Below are positions 19,609 through 28,062 of a stretch of 64,000 bases of DNA, piece after piece. The stretch is from a virus, in the UHGV virus genome UHGV-0141439. The stretch is one strand, 5' to 3'. The notes below the pieces were generated by a model. That model was not told the DNA's origin. It saw only the letters and a program-made list of their open reading frames with translations, and searched no databases. The position numbers and the translations under genes are program-made. Position 1 is the stretch's first letter; every line of letters begins with the position of its first letter.

Positions 19609-19882
19609 CCTTCAACTGGCAGTTAACGGTGAATATTTCGACCAGATGAAGTCTGGAGAGAAAACGGAAGAGTATCGCTTGTGTAATGACTACTGGAATA
19701 AGCGAATTCTGTTCCGCGAGTATGACCGCCTGATTATCACAAAGGGATATCCGAAGCGCGATGATTCCAGCCGCAGAATAGACGTCCCGTATGACGGATA
19801 TGAAATCAAGACAATCACGCATCCCCACTTCGGCGATAAACCGGTAAAGGTTTACGCGATAAAGGTAAATATCAATGGCTAA
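19601..19882 (+). CDS. Hypothetical protein
   Basis: GTG at 19601 preceded by GGAGG; overlaps the upstream stop. Confidence 0.4.
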   Translation: MANLQLAVNGEYFDQMKSGEKTEEYRLCNDYWNKRILFREYDRLIITKGYPKRDDSSRRIDVPYDGYEIKTITHPHFGDKPVKVYAIKVNING

Positions 19883-20279
19883 ATTTCAAAGAAATATTAT
19901 TTTTCTGGCAATGTTATCTGCCTGTCATTTATCTCATGCATCGGTTATTGCTGCGGGAGCTGCGGCAACCGCTGTAATTAGCGCCTCATCCGCCAGCGAG
20001 CATGAGCAACGTACTGCAATCAATGCATCTGCCAATACCACCACGGTATCAGTAACACAAGAAAAGCCGAATATCGGCTTTGTTACTTGTGGCAAGCGAT
20101 ATGGTGAAATGGTTGGCTCTCTTGGTTGCGTAATGTGGCAAGACGACGACCGAACAGAAATTCCGTGGAACTCATGGCCTGGCTACATTCTTGGTAAGAA
20201 GCTGCCCACCAGCTATGAAGTAAATGCTATTTCGTTCGACCAATATAACAGTGTTGCAACGGTCTATTTCTCTTATTAA
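19875..20279 (+). CDS. Secreted protein
   Basis: 134 aa with an N-terminal signal peptide. Confidence 0.45.
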   Translation: MAKFQRNIIFLAMLSACHLSHASVIAAGAAATAVISASSASEHEQRTAINASANTTTVSVTQEKPNIGFVTCGKRYGEMVGSLGCVMWQDDDRTEIPWNSWPGYILGKKLPTSYEVNAISFDQYNSVATVYFSY

Positions 20280-20291
20280 CACGGAGTAATT

Positions 20292-20585
20292 ATGTGGCGC
20301 GGTAATAATCATGGTGGAAGCCAGATGATACTTACCGAATATCAGCTCGACCACAAAACCAATAAATCACGCTCAGTATATTTGCTTCGGCACAATAGCC
20401 GCGTAAGGAATACCGTGCTGGAGCAAAATCTGACCGTTGAAATGGATAATTCGGGGAACTTCAAGCCAACAATTTCGCTTGATGATTTTCCGCGTGGTTT
20501 AAGCGAAAGAGAAGCCATGCTGAAATTAGCAGAATGGCTTCAGAGGTTAAGTATTGTTATTGAAGATAACTGGAGTCAACCATAA
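20292..20585 (+). CDS. Hypothetical protein
   Basis: 97-aa ORF. Confidence 0.4.
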   Translation: MWRGNNHGGSQMILTEYQLDHKTNKSRSVYLLRHNSRVRNTVLEQNLTVEMDNSGNFKPTISLDDFPRGLSEREAMLKLAEWLQRLSIVIEDNWSQP

Positions 20586-20739
20586 TGAAAAACAGAAAGA
20601 AATTTTGGATTACTTTTTTGTTTGTATGCCTTTGCGGTTTATTTATTTTATTAGCTGGTGGTGTTAAATGGGGTACGGTGGGGTGTGGTTTTTGGAGCGG
20701 GGTTACTCTTTTCGCAGCCTGGCTTATCGCCAACTTTGA
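20584..20739 (+). CDS. Small membrane protein (51 aa)
   Basis: Hand-translated MKNRKKFWITFLFVCLCGLFILLAGGVKWGTVGCGFWSGVTLFAAWLIANF; not in the ORF track. Confidence 0.3.
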
Positions 20740-20781
20740 GTCAGGCGGAGGGTATTGGTAAGTGGTCTTATTCCCCACTTC

Positions 20782-20834
20782 ATAACGGATATCACGCTCG
20801 TGATAACGGATATTCCAATTTTGATAACGGATAA
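20782..20834. repeat. Three direct repeats of (G)ATAACGGATA at 21-bp spacing
   Basis: Copies begin at about 20782, 20802 and 20823; upstream of the 20841 gene. Confidence 0.6.
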
Positions 20835-20840
20835 GGCCAA

Positions 20841-21050
20841 ATGAAGCATTTTTTAAGGTTGGCATTTGTTCTGGCGCTATTTGATCCTCCGGCTGCAATG
20901 GCTGGAGAACAGCAACATTGCACAAAAGAGAATGAACCCCCTTTCATCGTTATTCAATGCGATGACGGAACGGTGACTGTGGTTAATGTAAGAAATGACC
21001 GTGTAGCTGTTTGCCGTAAAGGCGAACCATGCAAGGAAATAAAACTATGA
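20841..21050 (+). CDS. Small secreted Cys-containing protein
   Basis: 69 aa with signal peptide. Confidence 0.4.
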   Translation: MKHFLRLAFVLALFDPPAAMAGEQQHCTKENEPPFIVIQCDDGTVTVVNVRNDRVAVCRKGEPCKEIKL

Positions 21051-21805
21051 CAAGAATCACTAAAGAGCGTATTTCAGATATTATTTCCCGTATCGAAATG
21101 TATGGTCACGGTGCTGGATATACGGCAGATGAAGTATTGGCACTTGCCCAAATGGCTTTGGCGGCTTGCAAAGATGATAAAAAAATGAAGCTTATCGACT
21201 TGTTAGTGAAGGAGCTGCCTAAGTGCGGCGGGTGGCCTGATGGTATGATCGATTGTCGCCTGCTCAGTGCCAATTTAATGGCGCCATGCGCGACTTTTGC
21301 TTTTGGCTCAGACCACAAAAAAGACACGTTCTTTGGGCGCAATTTTTGTTGTGAGATTGAGCTTCCAATTGGTGACCTTGATAGCGATGAATACCTGTCA
21401 GTTGTCACTCGCGAACAATACGAATCAGCTCTCATAGCGTCGCAGAAAGTCGAGTTCAATGGTGATGAACTTGAAAGTAAGACTTACAGGTTGGATTTTG
21501 GGCAATGGCTGGAACAGCAACGCGGGAAAATCGATGTGGACTGTGGTTGTGTGTCCACTGAAACATTCATGCACTGGCTGCGGGTAGCTTACGAGGCTGG
21601 CAACCATCCGGATTTTCCGGATAGTTCCCAACAATCGCCCAAGAAAAGCGTAAAAACCACTCTGGAAAGAGGCTATCTTGAGGCCGCATTAAAGATTAAG
21701 CCTGGCCATACGCTAGGCGTCATTGATGCCATGTTGGTTCATGAAATGGCGAAGGCTTTATTGCCGCTGGTGGCTGATAAAATTCCGAATAAAGCCGATA
21801 TCTGA
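21029..21805 (+). CDS. Hypothetical protein
   Basis: 258-aa ORF. Confidence 0.45.
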   Translation: MQGNKTMTRITKERISDIISRIEMYGHGAGYTADEVLALAQMALAACKDDKKMKLIDLLVKELPKCGGWPDGMIDCRLLSANLMAPCATFAFGSDHKKDTFFGRNFCCEIELPIGDLDSDEYLSVVTREQYESALIASQKVEFNGDELESKTYRLDFGQWLEQQRGKIDVDCGCVSTETFMHWLRVAYEAGNHPDFPDSSQQSPKKSVKTTLERGYLEAALKIKPGHTLGVIDAMLVHEMAKALLPLVADKIPNKADI

Positions 21806-21844
21806 TCACCATGCTAAAATCCCCTCAATTCACAGAGGGGATTT

Positions 21845-22117
21845 TTGTATATGTTGCATAGAGTTTTATGGAAAAGCGTTATTGTCGGCGCGATACTGGC
21901 TATATCTGGGTGTGCAATGGTGCAATACAACGACGGTGAAAAGGTAAGCATACAGTCAGATGGTTGGTATGGCCTGGATAGCCTGCAAAAAACCGCAGAT
22001 AAAGCCTGTCAGCAATATGGGAAGTCTAAAGCAGTATATCAGCATAGCGCGAACGCTAACCCTCATCTAGCGCCCGGTTCTGGTGTTCAGAATACCATCT
22101 GGAAATGTGAGCCTTAA
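21845..22117 (+). CDS. Lipoprotein
   Basis: Signal peptide with lipobox ISGC. Confidence 0.45.
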   Translation: MYMLHRVLWKSVIVGAILAISGCAMVQYNDGEKVSIQSDGWYGLDSLQKTADKACQQYGKSKAVYQHSANANPHLAPGSGVQNTIWKCEP

Positions 22118-22119
22118 AT

Positions 22120-22371
22120 ATGAGCGACTGGAATATTGCAGCTAAAAGTCAGGAAGAACGGGATAAGGTTAACGTTGATCTGGCTGCCAGCGGTGTGGCG
22201 TACAAAGAGCGATTGAACATACCTGTCATAGCTGAACAGGTAGCCCGCGAGCAACCAGAGAATCTGCGCACCTATTTCATGGAACGGCTACGGCACTACC
22301 GGCAGTTAAGCCTCCAGTTGCCAAAAGGGAGCGATCCGGTGTATCAGAACGAGGATGCACCAAAAAAATAG
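22120..22371 (+). CDS. Hypothetical protein
   Basis: 83-aa ORF. Confidence 0.4.
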   Translation: MSDWNIAAKSQEERDKVNVDLAASGVAYKERLNIPVIAEQVAREQPENLRTYFMERLRHYRQLSLQLPKGSDPVYQNEDAPKK

Positions 22372-22494
22372 CGGCAAGATGGGGGAGAAATGTGATTAGC
22401 CCCCAGCGTGGCGCGCCTACAAACCCAGCTTTCACAAACTATGCCTTTTCAATGTATACTGTATGAATAAACAGTATCATTAAGGTAAAACGCT

Positions 22495-22884
22495 ATGGGC
22501 TTCCCTTCTCCTGCGGCGGATTATGCAGAGAGCCGCATTTCTCTTGATCAGCAACTAATCAGACATCCTTCCGCGACCTACTTCATGCGGGCGGCAGACA
22601 GCCATCACCGTGAGGGAATATTGCAAGGTGCTTTGCTGGTGGTTGATTCCTCACTTACTCCGGTTGATGGTTCACTGCTTATATGCGCTATGGAGGGTGA
22701 ATATCGCATAAAGAGATACAGGAAGTATCCGCGCCAGCACCTGGAGGATTTAAGCACCGGGAAGAAAGAGGCGTTACCAGTAGATGACGATGGATACACG
22801 GGCAGTAATGCTGTTTTTGGTGTGATCACTCATGTCATCAATGATGCCCGAAGTGGGGAGTTTGATTATAGACCTGTGATTTAA
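22495..22884 (+). CDS. humD: UmuD'-like protein (HumD-type)
   Basis: Begins GFPSPAADY...HPSATYF, i.e. at the processed UmuD' N-terminus; Ser/Lys region retained. Confidence 0.75.
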   Translation: MGFPSPAADYAESRISLDQQLIRHPSATYFMRAADSHHREGILQGALLVVDSSLTPVDGSLLICAMEGEYRIKRYRKYPRQHLEDLSTGKKEALPVDDDGYTGSNAVFGVITHVINDARSGEFDYRPVI

Positions 22885-22897
22885 GGCGCATAAAGAA

Positions 22898-22925
22898 GCC
22901 CGCCAGACCAGGCGGGCTTTTTGTT
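22898..22925. terminator. Rho-independent terminator after humD
   Basis: GCCCGCC-AGACCA-GGCGGGC followed by TTTTTGTT. Confidence 0.65.
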
Positions 22926-22929
22926 GATA

Positions 22930-24024
22930 TCATTCAATGATTTTTTCGGCTGTCAGCCAGCTAATTTCGTGCCTGTCTTTCGGCGGTTTTAGCATGTGAG
23001 CATATTCAGCGACATGCTCCCACGGAATTGTTTTTGCCCACTCAACGATAGCATTGTGATCTGCAGTGAAGAGTGGAATAGTGTGCGATTTCAACCATTC
23101 TAATGTCGTGACGCCATGTTTTTTGGCGTGGTGCTGCGCATGATGCCGGGCTATCACTCGTAATGGCATTGTCCATTCACTACCATCAGGCATCGAAAAG
23201 CGCATTGTCTTCGGCATATCTGATTCAAGAACAGCCTCCCTAATACCAGGGAACTCACCAAGAATCATACGACGATAGTCATCACTATTTCGCCCGCCAT
23301 ACCTTTCGGCAAAATGATCAAGATATTCTTGGGTAATAAATGGTGAATCCTCCGCACTCAGCTTAATGGCTTTATATACACCACTCGGATTATCTTCAGC
23401 TAAAGCACGTCCATGATGTGAATCATAAAAAAAGCCTATTTCCTCTGGTGACGGAATTGAAGTGAGCAATATGCGTGAATCACCACTAGTCATGCTTGCC
23501 CACACAATGCTGTATGCCCGATCGCTGATATGTGCGGAATCCACAATAATGAATAAAAGATGGTCGGCGTAGTGACCTGCAATGCTATCTTCATAGTTAA
23601 GGCGGTAGTTACAAAAGCACATTCCCCAAAATTCATTGAACATCAGACCGCTATCACCGACCTTAAAATACTCAATGATAAAAGGTTGTTTTTTCAGCAA
23701 TGCCTCCCAACATTGCCACACATATGCAACAATTCCTCTTTTGCAAACATTTGATTTTGGATAAACAATTACTGTCCGGGAATCAGGATACATAATCGTA
23801 TAAAGGGTACTAATAACAGCAAGCACTTGCGGTCGTCCGATCCCATACGGAGTGGTGACAGTAGCTTTTGCATTATTGGGCTGTATAGCTTCAACAATTT
23901 GTTGTTGCTGGTGGCTTAAATCAATATCAAACAATTCTTTTGCTGCCAGTACCCAATTGTCTTTATATTTCTCCACCAGCGACAGCCAGCGCGGATCTTT
24001 ATAAATATTGCTCTTAGTCGCCAT
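22930..24024 (-). CDS. PacB paralogue: terminase-large-subunit-like ATPase domain with degenerate Walker motifs and a different His-rich C-terminus
   Basis: Collinear with PacB at 29172-30680 (DPRW, SHQQQ, HLLxI(V/L)D, FYDSHH, YGGR...GxFP); Walker A GHGTGKS is replaced by PYGIGRP and DEAS by DSAH. Start at Met98 of the track ORF. Confidence 0.5.
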   Translation of the reverse strand: MATKSNIYKDPRWLSLVEKYKDNWVLAAKELFDIDLSHQQQQIVEAIQPNNAKATVTTPYGIGRPQVLAVISTLYTIMYPDSRTVIVYPKSNVCKRGIVAYVWQCWEALLKKQPFIIEYFKVGDSGLMFNEFWGMCFCNYRLNYEDSIAGHYADHLLFIIVDSAHISDRAYSIVWASMTSGDSRILLTSIPSPEEIGFFYDSHHGRALAEDNPSGVYKAIKLSAEDSPFITQEYLDHFAERYGGRNSDDYRRMILGEFPGIREAVLESDMPKTMRFSMPDGSEWTMPLRVIARHHAQHHAKKHGVTTLEWLKSHTIPLFTADHNAIVEWAKTIPWEHVAEYAHMLKPPKDRHEISWLTAEKIIE

Positions 24025-24781
24025 CTGCCACTTCCTTAACTTCTTCTTTGGCCTGTTCTGCAATCGCCGCACGGCATTTCGCCCTGGCCGTAGCGATTGC
24101 TTCAGCACGCACATCATCAGGAATCGTTGACGTGATATACATATCCAGTTCTTCGGCGCGGAACACTGTTTGGTCCAGATATTCGCGTAGCATCCAGGTA
24201 AATTCGAAATCACACGCGATAATCTCTGCGCTACCTTCTGCACCATTTGGGAAATGAATAAAAGCCTGTTTAGCCAAACCGATAACACGACATGCGGTTG
24301 CCAAAACAGCGGCAACCAGGTTTACATTTTCACACGCTACGGGCTGATTAACGCCGGAGATTACTCCATTTAACTGTCGGTTATATGGAAGGTAGTTTGA
24401 GATGCGTTCTACGCGCCATGTGCCAGTCAGGCTGCCATTCTTAAAGATAATTGGTGTAACGGATAGCCCAAGCTCGCGTATAAGTCGTTGCGCTATAGCA
24501 GGATCATTAAACATGTCTAATGCTACACATTCGAAAGACTGTGCAAGGGTAAACAGTTCTTCCAGAGAGTAGTCTTTGCCCCTGGCGGTGATGTAACGAT
24601 GAACGCCGCTTTCTGCATCACTCCATATAGCTACGCCATGCTCTTCATTCAGCTCTTCATTAAAGCCGAGATACGTCATGATAGTACGTTCAATCGTGTC
24701 AAACGGCAGTGACATGTCGGCGTTAACAGCCACCAGCAGGCCATTACGCAAGCGGTATTGAATTGCTTTAGTATTTTCCAC
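24014..24781 (-). CDS. Hypothetical protein
   Basis: 255-aa ORF; overlaps the downstream start. Confidence 0.4.
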   Translation of the reverse strand: MENTKAIQYRLRNGLLVAVNADMSLPFDTIERTIMTYLGFNEELNEEHGVAIWSDAESGVHRYITARGKDYSLEELFTLAQSFECVALDMFNDPAIAQRLIRELGLSVTPIIFKNGSLTGTWRVERISNYLPYNRQLNGVISGVNQPVACENVNLVAAVLATACRVIGLAKQAFIHFPNGAEGSAEIIACDFEFTWMLREYLDQTVFRAEELDMYITSTIPDDVRAEAIATARAKCRAAIAEQAKEEVKEVADGD

Positions 24782-24787
24782 GTTAAA

Positions 24788-25252
24788 TCACTCCACTACA
24801 AACCAGTCACATGCCAGTAAGTCGCCTACAGAAGGCGCCCACGGAACAACTACACCTTGTGCATTTTTTAAGGCGAAATAAGCACCATACGGAACGAGAT
24901 CGCCGGGGAAATATCCCTTAATGGCTTCCATTCGTGCCGGGTACTGTCCTTCAGGAACCAGCCAGCAGAATTGGTTTTCGCCGTTCCACCCGCGCCGGGC
25001 AACTTTCTTGCCATCCTTCAGCCACATCAGCGCGTCAGAAAAGTCGGCTGCTTCAAGGTCGATTTCTTCTTGCTGGGTGGTGATGCCACCAGCAGAAATA
25101 GTTACGCTCCCGGTAAGATTAATCATCACGCCGTTGTCATCCGTAATGATGACCGTGGTTCCATTTTTGGAGGCGTCGTTAACCAGGCCATAGCGTTCCT
25201 CAGATGATTTGGGAAGGAACTTAAAAAGCTCTTTCGTTGCCATGTTATTCAT
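24788..25252 (-). CDS. DUF2829-domain protein (Tad2-like fold) with N-terminal extension
   Basis: C-terminal half ALMWLKDGKKVARRGWNG...VPWAPSVGDLLACDWFVVE matches the DUF2829 pattern as I recall it. Confidence 0.5.
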   Translation of the reverse strand: MNNMATKELFKFLPKSSEERYGLVNDASKNGTTVIITDDNGVMINLTGSVTISAGGITTQQEEIDLEAADFSDALMWLKDGKKVARRGWNGENQFCWLVPEGQYPARMEAIKGYFPGDLVPYGAYFALKNAQGVVVPWAPSVGDLLACDWFVVE

Positions 25253-25266
25253 AGTCTTTTCTCTGC

Positions 25267-25761
25267 TTATAACTTTTCGTACTGAAGCGGTGAACGCTTA
25301 ATTTCAAAGTGGCCTTCCGATGTGCTACCAAAGCCACCAGCGCCTCGCTCTGTTTCATCGAGTTCATCAACTTCTACCAGCGATACCGGTTCAACACGCT
25401 CAAAAATGCCTTGCATGACCGCCATTCCTGGCTTGAGGCAAACGCCTTCACCACCGGGATCTGTAATCAGTTTTGCCATGATTTCACCGCGATAATCGGA
25501 GTCGATAATTCCTACGCAGTTAGCCAGGCGAGTATGTTTTTTGCAGCCCAATCCGGAACGCGGATAGAGTTTCAGACACCAGCCGGGCGGGATCTCCATA
25601 GCCAGTCCGGTGTACACCCACCAGCTTGAGGAAATTGCACCATTGCTATCGACACATGGTTTTATTTCAACAGCCTCAAAATCCATCGCCGCCGATCCGG
25701 AGGTGGCATAAGCTGGAAGTTTTGCTGCCGGATGTAGGCGTTTCACTTTTACGTAAATCAT
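25267..25761 (-). CDS. dut: dUTP diphosphatase (dUTPase)
   Basis: Motifs RSGLG, GIIDSDYRGE and GGFGSTS. Confidence 0.7.
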   Translation of the reverse strand: MIYVKVKRLHPAAKLPAYATSGSAAMDFEAVEIKPCVDSNGAISSSWWVYTGLAMEIPPGWCLKLYPRSGLGCKKHTRLANCVGIIDSDYRGEIMAKLITDPGGEGVCLKPGMAVMQGIFERVEPVSLVEVDELDETERGAGGFGSTSEGHFEIKRSPLQYEKL

Positions 25762-26234
25762 TGTTTTTTAGCTCTCTGCGTGAATGTGTAAACCCGACGT
25801 TTGATATGTGGAACGGTAGGAACAGGAAGACAGGAACTTTCAATAACTCCTTGCTCCTCCAGCGATCGCACCGCCCGCAAGAACTGCGACGTGTCGCCGC
25901 CAAACTGGCGGGCATAGGTGCTGCCGTTATGAAGTATTTGAGCTATTACCCGAGCTTTTGTCTGGCTGTCACGATATGCGAATAGCCGCACGGCCTCTTC
26001 TGGCGCAATCGCTAACTGATAGCCTTTCCCGGCACGGTGTCGAATGAATCCATGCGCCAGTAGGTTTTTGAGTTCGTTACGAGTGCGAACAGATCCGTAA
26101 CCCAGGAAGTGTGGATTGATAACGACTGGCTTAAACCATTCCGTAGGTGCTTTAGCTAATAGAGCTAACAGCTTCCCGGATAATTCTGGATAGGAAGACG
26201 GGTAACAATTCAGAGATGGGTAATAAGTTTTCAC
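25758..26234 (-). CDS. Hypothetical protein
   Basis: 158-aa ORF, 4-nt overlap with dut. Confidence 0.4.
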   Translation of the reverse strand: MKTYYPSLNCYPSSYPELSGKLLALLAKAPTEWFKPVVINPHFLGYGSVRTRNELKNLLAHGFIRHRAGKGYQLAIAPEEAVRLFAYRDSQTKARVIAQILHNGSTYARQFGGDTSQFLRAVRSLEEQGVIESSCLPVPTVPHIKRRVYTFTQRAKKQ

Positions 26235-26575
26235 CGACGCCCCCTTGCAGGATATCGACCGGCATTAGTATCCGGTGCAATAAAGCCGGTAGTGGGGCGA
26301 GTGAAAGCGAGATTAATCTTCTCGACCATAGTGCGATAATTTTCCTGATAGTGGGCCAGGAGTTTTTCGGCGGCAATGATGGTTACTTTCCGGACGTAGC
26401 TTTCTGCTTCCTCCAGATTTCGCCAGTTTTTTTCGAGGGTAAACACAGGGACGGCCTCAAGCCCGGTCATGATGCCGAACACAACGACAGCATGACTGTT
26501 CTTAACACCAGCGGCGAAGGTTACGGTGTAACCATCCACCTTGAAGCGTCTTGATTCCGTGATTTGACTCTGCAA
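26231..26575 (-). CDS. Hypothetical protein
   Basis: 114-aa ORF. Confidence 0.4.
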   Translation of the reverse strand: MQSQITESRRFKVDGYTVTFAAGVKNSHAVVVFGIMTGLEAVPVFTLEKNWRNLEEAESYVRKVTIIAAEKLLAHYQENYRTMVEKINLAFTRPTTGFIAPDTNAGRYPARGRR

Positions 26576-26633
26576 AGCACCCTCCTAAATAGGCGAGGGT
26601 ACTTTACAGCAAAGACGTTAATCTAAAAAGATG

Positions 26634-26650
26634 TGTTAGAAATTTAATTT
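26634..26650. promoter_or_regulatory. 17-bp operator-like site TGTTAGAAATTTAATTT
   Basis: Exact consensus; overlaps the cre stop. Confidence 0.5.
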
Positions 26651-27677
26651 ACGAATCCATCAGGCGGCTATTAGCCCCCACAGACACGCCGCCACGGCGA
26701 AGATACCGCATAAGTGTTTCCGGTTTCTTCCAGGTTCCTTCCTGCATGATCTCCACCATAGACACCTGCTTTTCAGCCATATCAATAGCGGCCCCGACGC
26801 GTGCACTATGCCCGGTCCACGTCCGGTATCTTCCTTTGTTTGGCGTAGCATCTCTTTTATTCAGCAACACCCAGGCGTCGCTGAATATTTTCTCCATTGC
26901 AGGTGCAGTAAGGGGCGTTGTCGTGATCCTGGCCTTATTGCTACGGTGTATCGGCGGGAACAGCACTGCGTCAGGATGTTCGCGAAGCCCGGAAACATCC
27001 AGCCAGTCATTCAGCACAGCGGTAGTGCGACGGGAAAGCACCTTATCAAGCCCGGCGGCGGTCGTTATTGTCTTCGTGTGTGAAATATGTAGCGTGACAG
27101 TGTCACCTGTTTGGTCCAGATCTCCTACACGAATACGCGAGATTTCCGACATACGCATCAGCGTATTGTATGCAACAAAGAGAAAAGCCCGGTTGCGCAG
27201 GTCCACCAGCCGTTCTGACCTGGACAACAGGACGTCGAGCAGTTTCAGATCGTCCCACCGCAGCGGTATAGCCTGGCCTGTTCGTTCGCCTTTTTCAGTT
27301 GCCGCTTCGCGCCGGATGCGCCGCATAGCCAGAGAAACACTTTTATCATCCGAAAGTGGCGGAAGGCCACAATGCGAAAGCAGCATGTTCAGCATGGCGT
27401 AGTGCTTATCAATGGTGGTCGAAGCCAGATCGGCATCATGCAGCTGAAGAAAATACTCGCGGGCCATTTCTGGTGAGATCGGAAACCAGGCAAGCTGGCG
27501 AGCGTGACACCAGCGCGCCCAGGAATGAAACACCAAACGGAGGTCGCGCAGAGTATTCGGCGCATAAGCTCCCTGGTCATTCATGAACCGCATAAAGTTT
27601 TCTGCGGCTTCCTGGTACTCTTTGCCAATGTTGCGCAGAAAACCACCGGAACTGCCAGAGATAATTAATTCACTCAT
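26649..27677 (-). CDS. cre: Cre-type tyrosine recombinase
   Basis: 342 aa, collinear with P1 Cre (WFP..PE..R(E/D)YLL, VSL(A/V)MRRIR, AYNTL(M/L)R..EI.RIRV.D, W(T/S)GHSARVGAA.DMA, EIMQ.G.W); lox-like site upstream. Confidence 0.85.
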   Translation of the reverse strand: MSELIISGSSGGFLRNIGKEYQEAAENFMRFMNDQGAYAPNTLRDLRLVFHSWARWCHARQLAWFPISPEMAREYFLQLHDADLASTTIDKHYAMLNMLLSHCGLPPLSDDKSVSLAMRRIRREAATEKGERTGQAIPLRWDDLKLLDVLLSRSERLVDLRNRAFLFVAYNTLMRMSEISRIRVGDLDQTGDTVTLHISHTKTITTAAGLDKVLSRRTTAVLNDWLDVSGLREHPDAVLFPPIHRSNKARITTTPLTAPAMEKIFSDAWVLLNKRDATPNKGRYRTWTGHSARVGAAIDMAEKQVSMVEIMQEGTWKKPETLMRYLRRGGVSVGANSRLMDS

Positions 27678-27828
27678 GAAACTATTTAACCTCTATATAC
27701 AGATGACGCTACGCGAAAAATATAAAAATGACAGGGTAGCTATAAGTTAATTTTCAAGATTCAAGCCTTTGATTCGATGCACGTATTTTCAGTGATGTCA
27801 ATACTGATCATCTACCCATGATTATAGC

Positions 27829-27862
27829 CTAACTTTAAATAATGCCAATTATCTAAAGTTAG
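27829..27862. other. lox-like site: 13-bp inverted repeats around an 8-bp spacer (CTAACTTTAAATA-ATGCCAAT-TATCTAAAGTTAG)
   Basis: Read directly; 12 of 13 arm positions are symmetric; about 150 bp upstream of cre; same 34-bp architecture as loxP but different sequence. Confidence 0.6.
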
Positions 27863-28034
27863 AAATTTAGGAATTTTTTTCCTTTCCGCGCAGATGGGCA
27901 ATGCATTGCTGGTGTGGGCTTTAAGTTATGCCTGGCAGTTTTTAAGCAGAATTTTCTAAATTGGATGATAAAAAAATGCATCTTGATCCTTTACTCACCC
28001 TGTTATTCGGCATAGATTTGTCATAGTAATTTTA

Positions 28035-28051
28035 TGTTAGAAAACTAAATC
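28035..28051. promoter_or_regulatory. 17-bp operator-like site TGTTAGAAAACTAAATC
   Basis: 12 bp upstream of the 28063 start codon. Confidence 0.5.
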
Positions 28052-28062
28052 GAGTAGGAATA

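Noticed and set aside
20782-20834. Possible CRISPR array
   Set aside because: Only three short (11-12 bp) repeats with about 9-bp intervening sequence; no Cas genes; more consistent with a protein-binding site array.
20557-20925. 122-aa minus-strand ORF spanning the 20584-20739 region and the GATAACGGATA repeats
   Set aside because: Overlaps a plus-strand small membrane ORF and a repeat array; no RBS; surrounding genes are all plus-strand.
24010-24026. ATTGCTCTTAGTCGCCA resembling the first half of the P1 C1 operator consensus as I recall it (ATTGCTCTAATAAATTT)
   Set aside because: Only the first 8 nt match, it lies inside coding sequence, and no other copies were seen; the window's operator family is a different 17-mer.
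26746-27402. 218-aa plus-strand ORF antisense to cre, and other small ORFs inside it
   Set aside because: Entirely inside the well-supported cre gene on the opposite strand; Ser/Arg-rich translation typical of antisense frames.
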